DNA from: Hydrogenophilales bacterium CG_4_10_14_3_um_filter_58_23
GTDB taxonomy: Bacteria > Pseudomonadota > Gammaproteobacteria > Burkholderiales > Sulfuricellaceae
Length of the DNA stretch: 64,000 nt
NCBI GenBank assembly: GCA_002784065.1
Contig: PFJY01000122.1
Location: 8,597 to 72,596 of the forward strand
Direction: 5' to 3'
The position numbers were made by a program, and so were the translations under genes. Shown one piece after another: positions 63,156 through 64,000 of this stretch. How positions within the stretch are numbered: the stretch's first letter is position 1; the number at the start of each line of letters is the position of its first letter. Below the pieces are notes generated by a model. It was not told the origin of the DNA, did no database searches, and saw only the letters and a program-made list of their open reading frames with translations.

Positions 63156-64000
63156 ATGACAGCAAAAGCCAAATCGAGCTTCGCCAGAACCAAGACCCGC
63201 GCCGCGGTTGCTCACGCCAACCCGCAGCCCGGCGTTTTCCGCGTCGCGGCCATCCAGATGGCCTCCGGCCCGAGCGTGGCAGCGAACCTTTCCGAGGCCG
63301 AGCGCCTGATCGGCATGGCTGCCGCGCAGGGCGCCAAGCTGGTGGTGTTGCCGGAGTATTTTTGCATCATGGGCAAGAAGGAAAGCGACAAGGTGGCGGC
63401 GCGCGAGGTGGAAGGCAAGGGCCCGATCCAGAAGTTCCTCAGCACCATGGCAAGGAAGCACAAGATATGGATCGTTGGCGGCTCGGTGCCGCTCGCGGCG
63501 AGCGTTCCGTCCAAGGTGCGCAACAGCTGCCTGGTCTATGACGACAAGGGCAAGCAGGCGGCGCGCTACGACAAGATCCACCTGTTCGGCCTGGATCTCG
63601 GCAACGAGAAATACCGCGAGGAAAAAACCATCGAACCGGGCGACCAAGTGGTGGTCGTTGAAACTCCGTTCGGCCGCATCGGTCTATCGGTTTGCTATGA
63701 CCTGCGCTTTCCCGAACTTTACCGCGCCATGGGCGACGTCGACATCATCGTCGTGCCCGCCGCCTTCACCGAAACCACCGGCAAGGCGCATTGGGAAATT
63801 CTGGTGCGCGCCCGCGCCATCGAGAACCTGGCTTATGTGGTGGCCTCGGCCCAAGGCGGCTATCATCTGTCCGGTCGCGAAACGCACGGCAACAGCATGA
63901 TCGTCGATCCCTGGGGCGTGGTTCTCGATCGTTTGCCGCGCGGCTCCGGCATTGTGATCGCCAACGTCAACCCGGCCTATCAGGCGAGCCTGCGCAAGAG
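63156..64000 (+). CDS. Carbon-nitrogen hydrolase (Nit1/deaminated-glutathione amidase-like), runs off the window end
   Basis: Manual translation (absent from the ORF track): VAAIQM, VLPEYF, YDKIHLF, VCYDLRFPELYR, RARAIEN, GNSMIVDPWG. Confidence 0.9.
   Translation, partial: MTAKAKSSFARTKTRAAVAHANPQPGVFRVAAIQMASGPSVAANLSEAERLIGMAAAQGAKLVVLPEYFCIMGKKESDKVAAREVEGKGPIQKFLSTMARKHKIWIVGGSVPLAASVPSKVRNSCLVYDDKGKQAARYDKIHLFGLDLGNEKYREEKTIEPGDQVVVVETPFGRIGLSVCYDLRFPELYRAMGDVDIIVVPAAFTETTGKAHWEILVRARAIENLAYVVASAQGGYHLSGRETHGNSMIVDPWGVVLDRLPRGSGIVIANVNPAYQASLRK

Overview
GC-rich betaproteobacterial chromosome segment; gene content and order resemble Nitrosomonadales such as Sulfuricella, which is an inference. 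Left to right: a 5'-truncated P-type IIIA H+-ATPase; a deletion scar fusing an OmpR-type receiver fragment to a SulP fragment; a glycogen cluster (pgi, glgB, glgC, two GH57 enzymes); a small islet (eroded vapC, Y1/RAYT-like transposase, intact vapBC); a type IV minor pilin operon; housekeeping genes (thiO, nrdAB, proS, yqjDEK-like, rppH, proB, obgE, rpmA, rplU, ispB, tRNA-Pro, pilSR); a ~16-kb block between pilR and ampD; then ampD, a Crp/Fnr regulator, a candidate FNR-box-driven sRNA, purU, yhdP and a nitrilase-family gene. The most interesting part is in the 16-kb block: a sigma54-dependent operon encoding a secreted Gly-X-Y, ~22% Met repeat protein, a pentaheme cytochrome, a Tat-exported DmsA-like molybdoenzyme with a Cys-to-His change in its FeS motif, a DmsB-like subunit with no DmsC anchor, a TorD-family chaperone and a cytochrome c, followed by a heme-c sensor kinase and NtrC-type regulator. 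Intergenic regions carry several GTAG-type REP/REPIN families, some with nested modules. All assignments come from motif recognition by eye; no searches were run.
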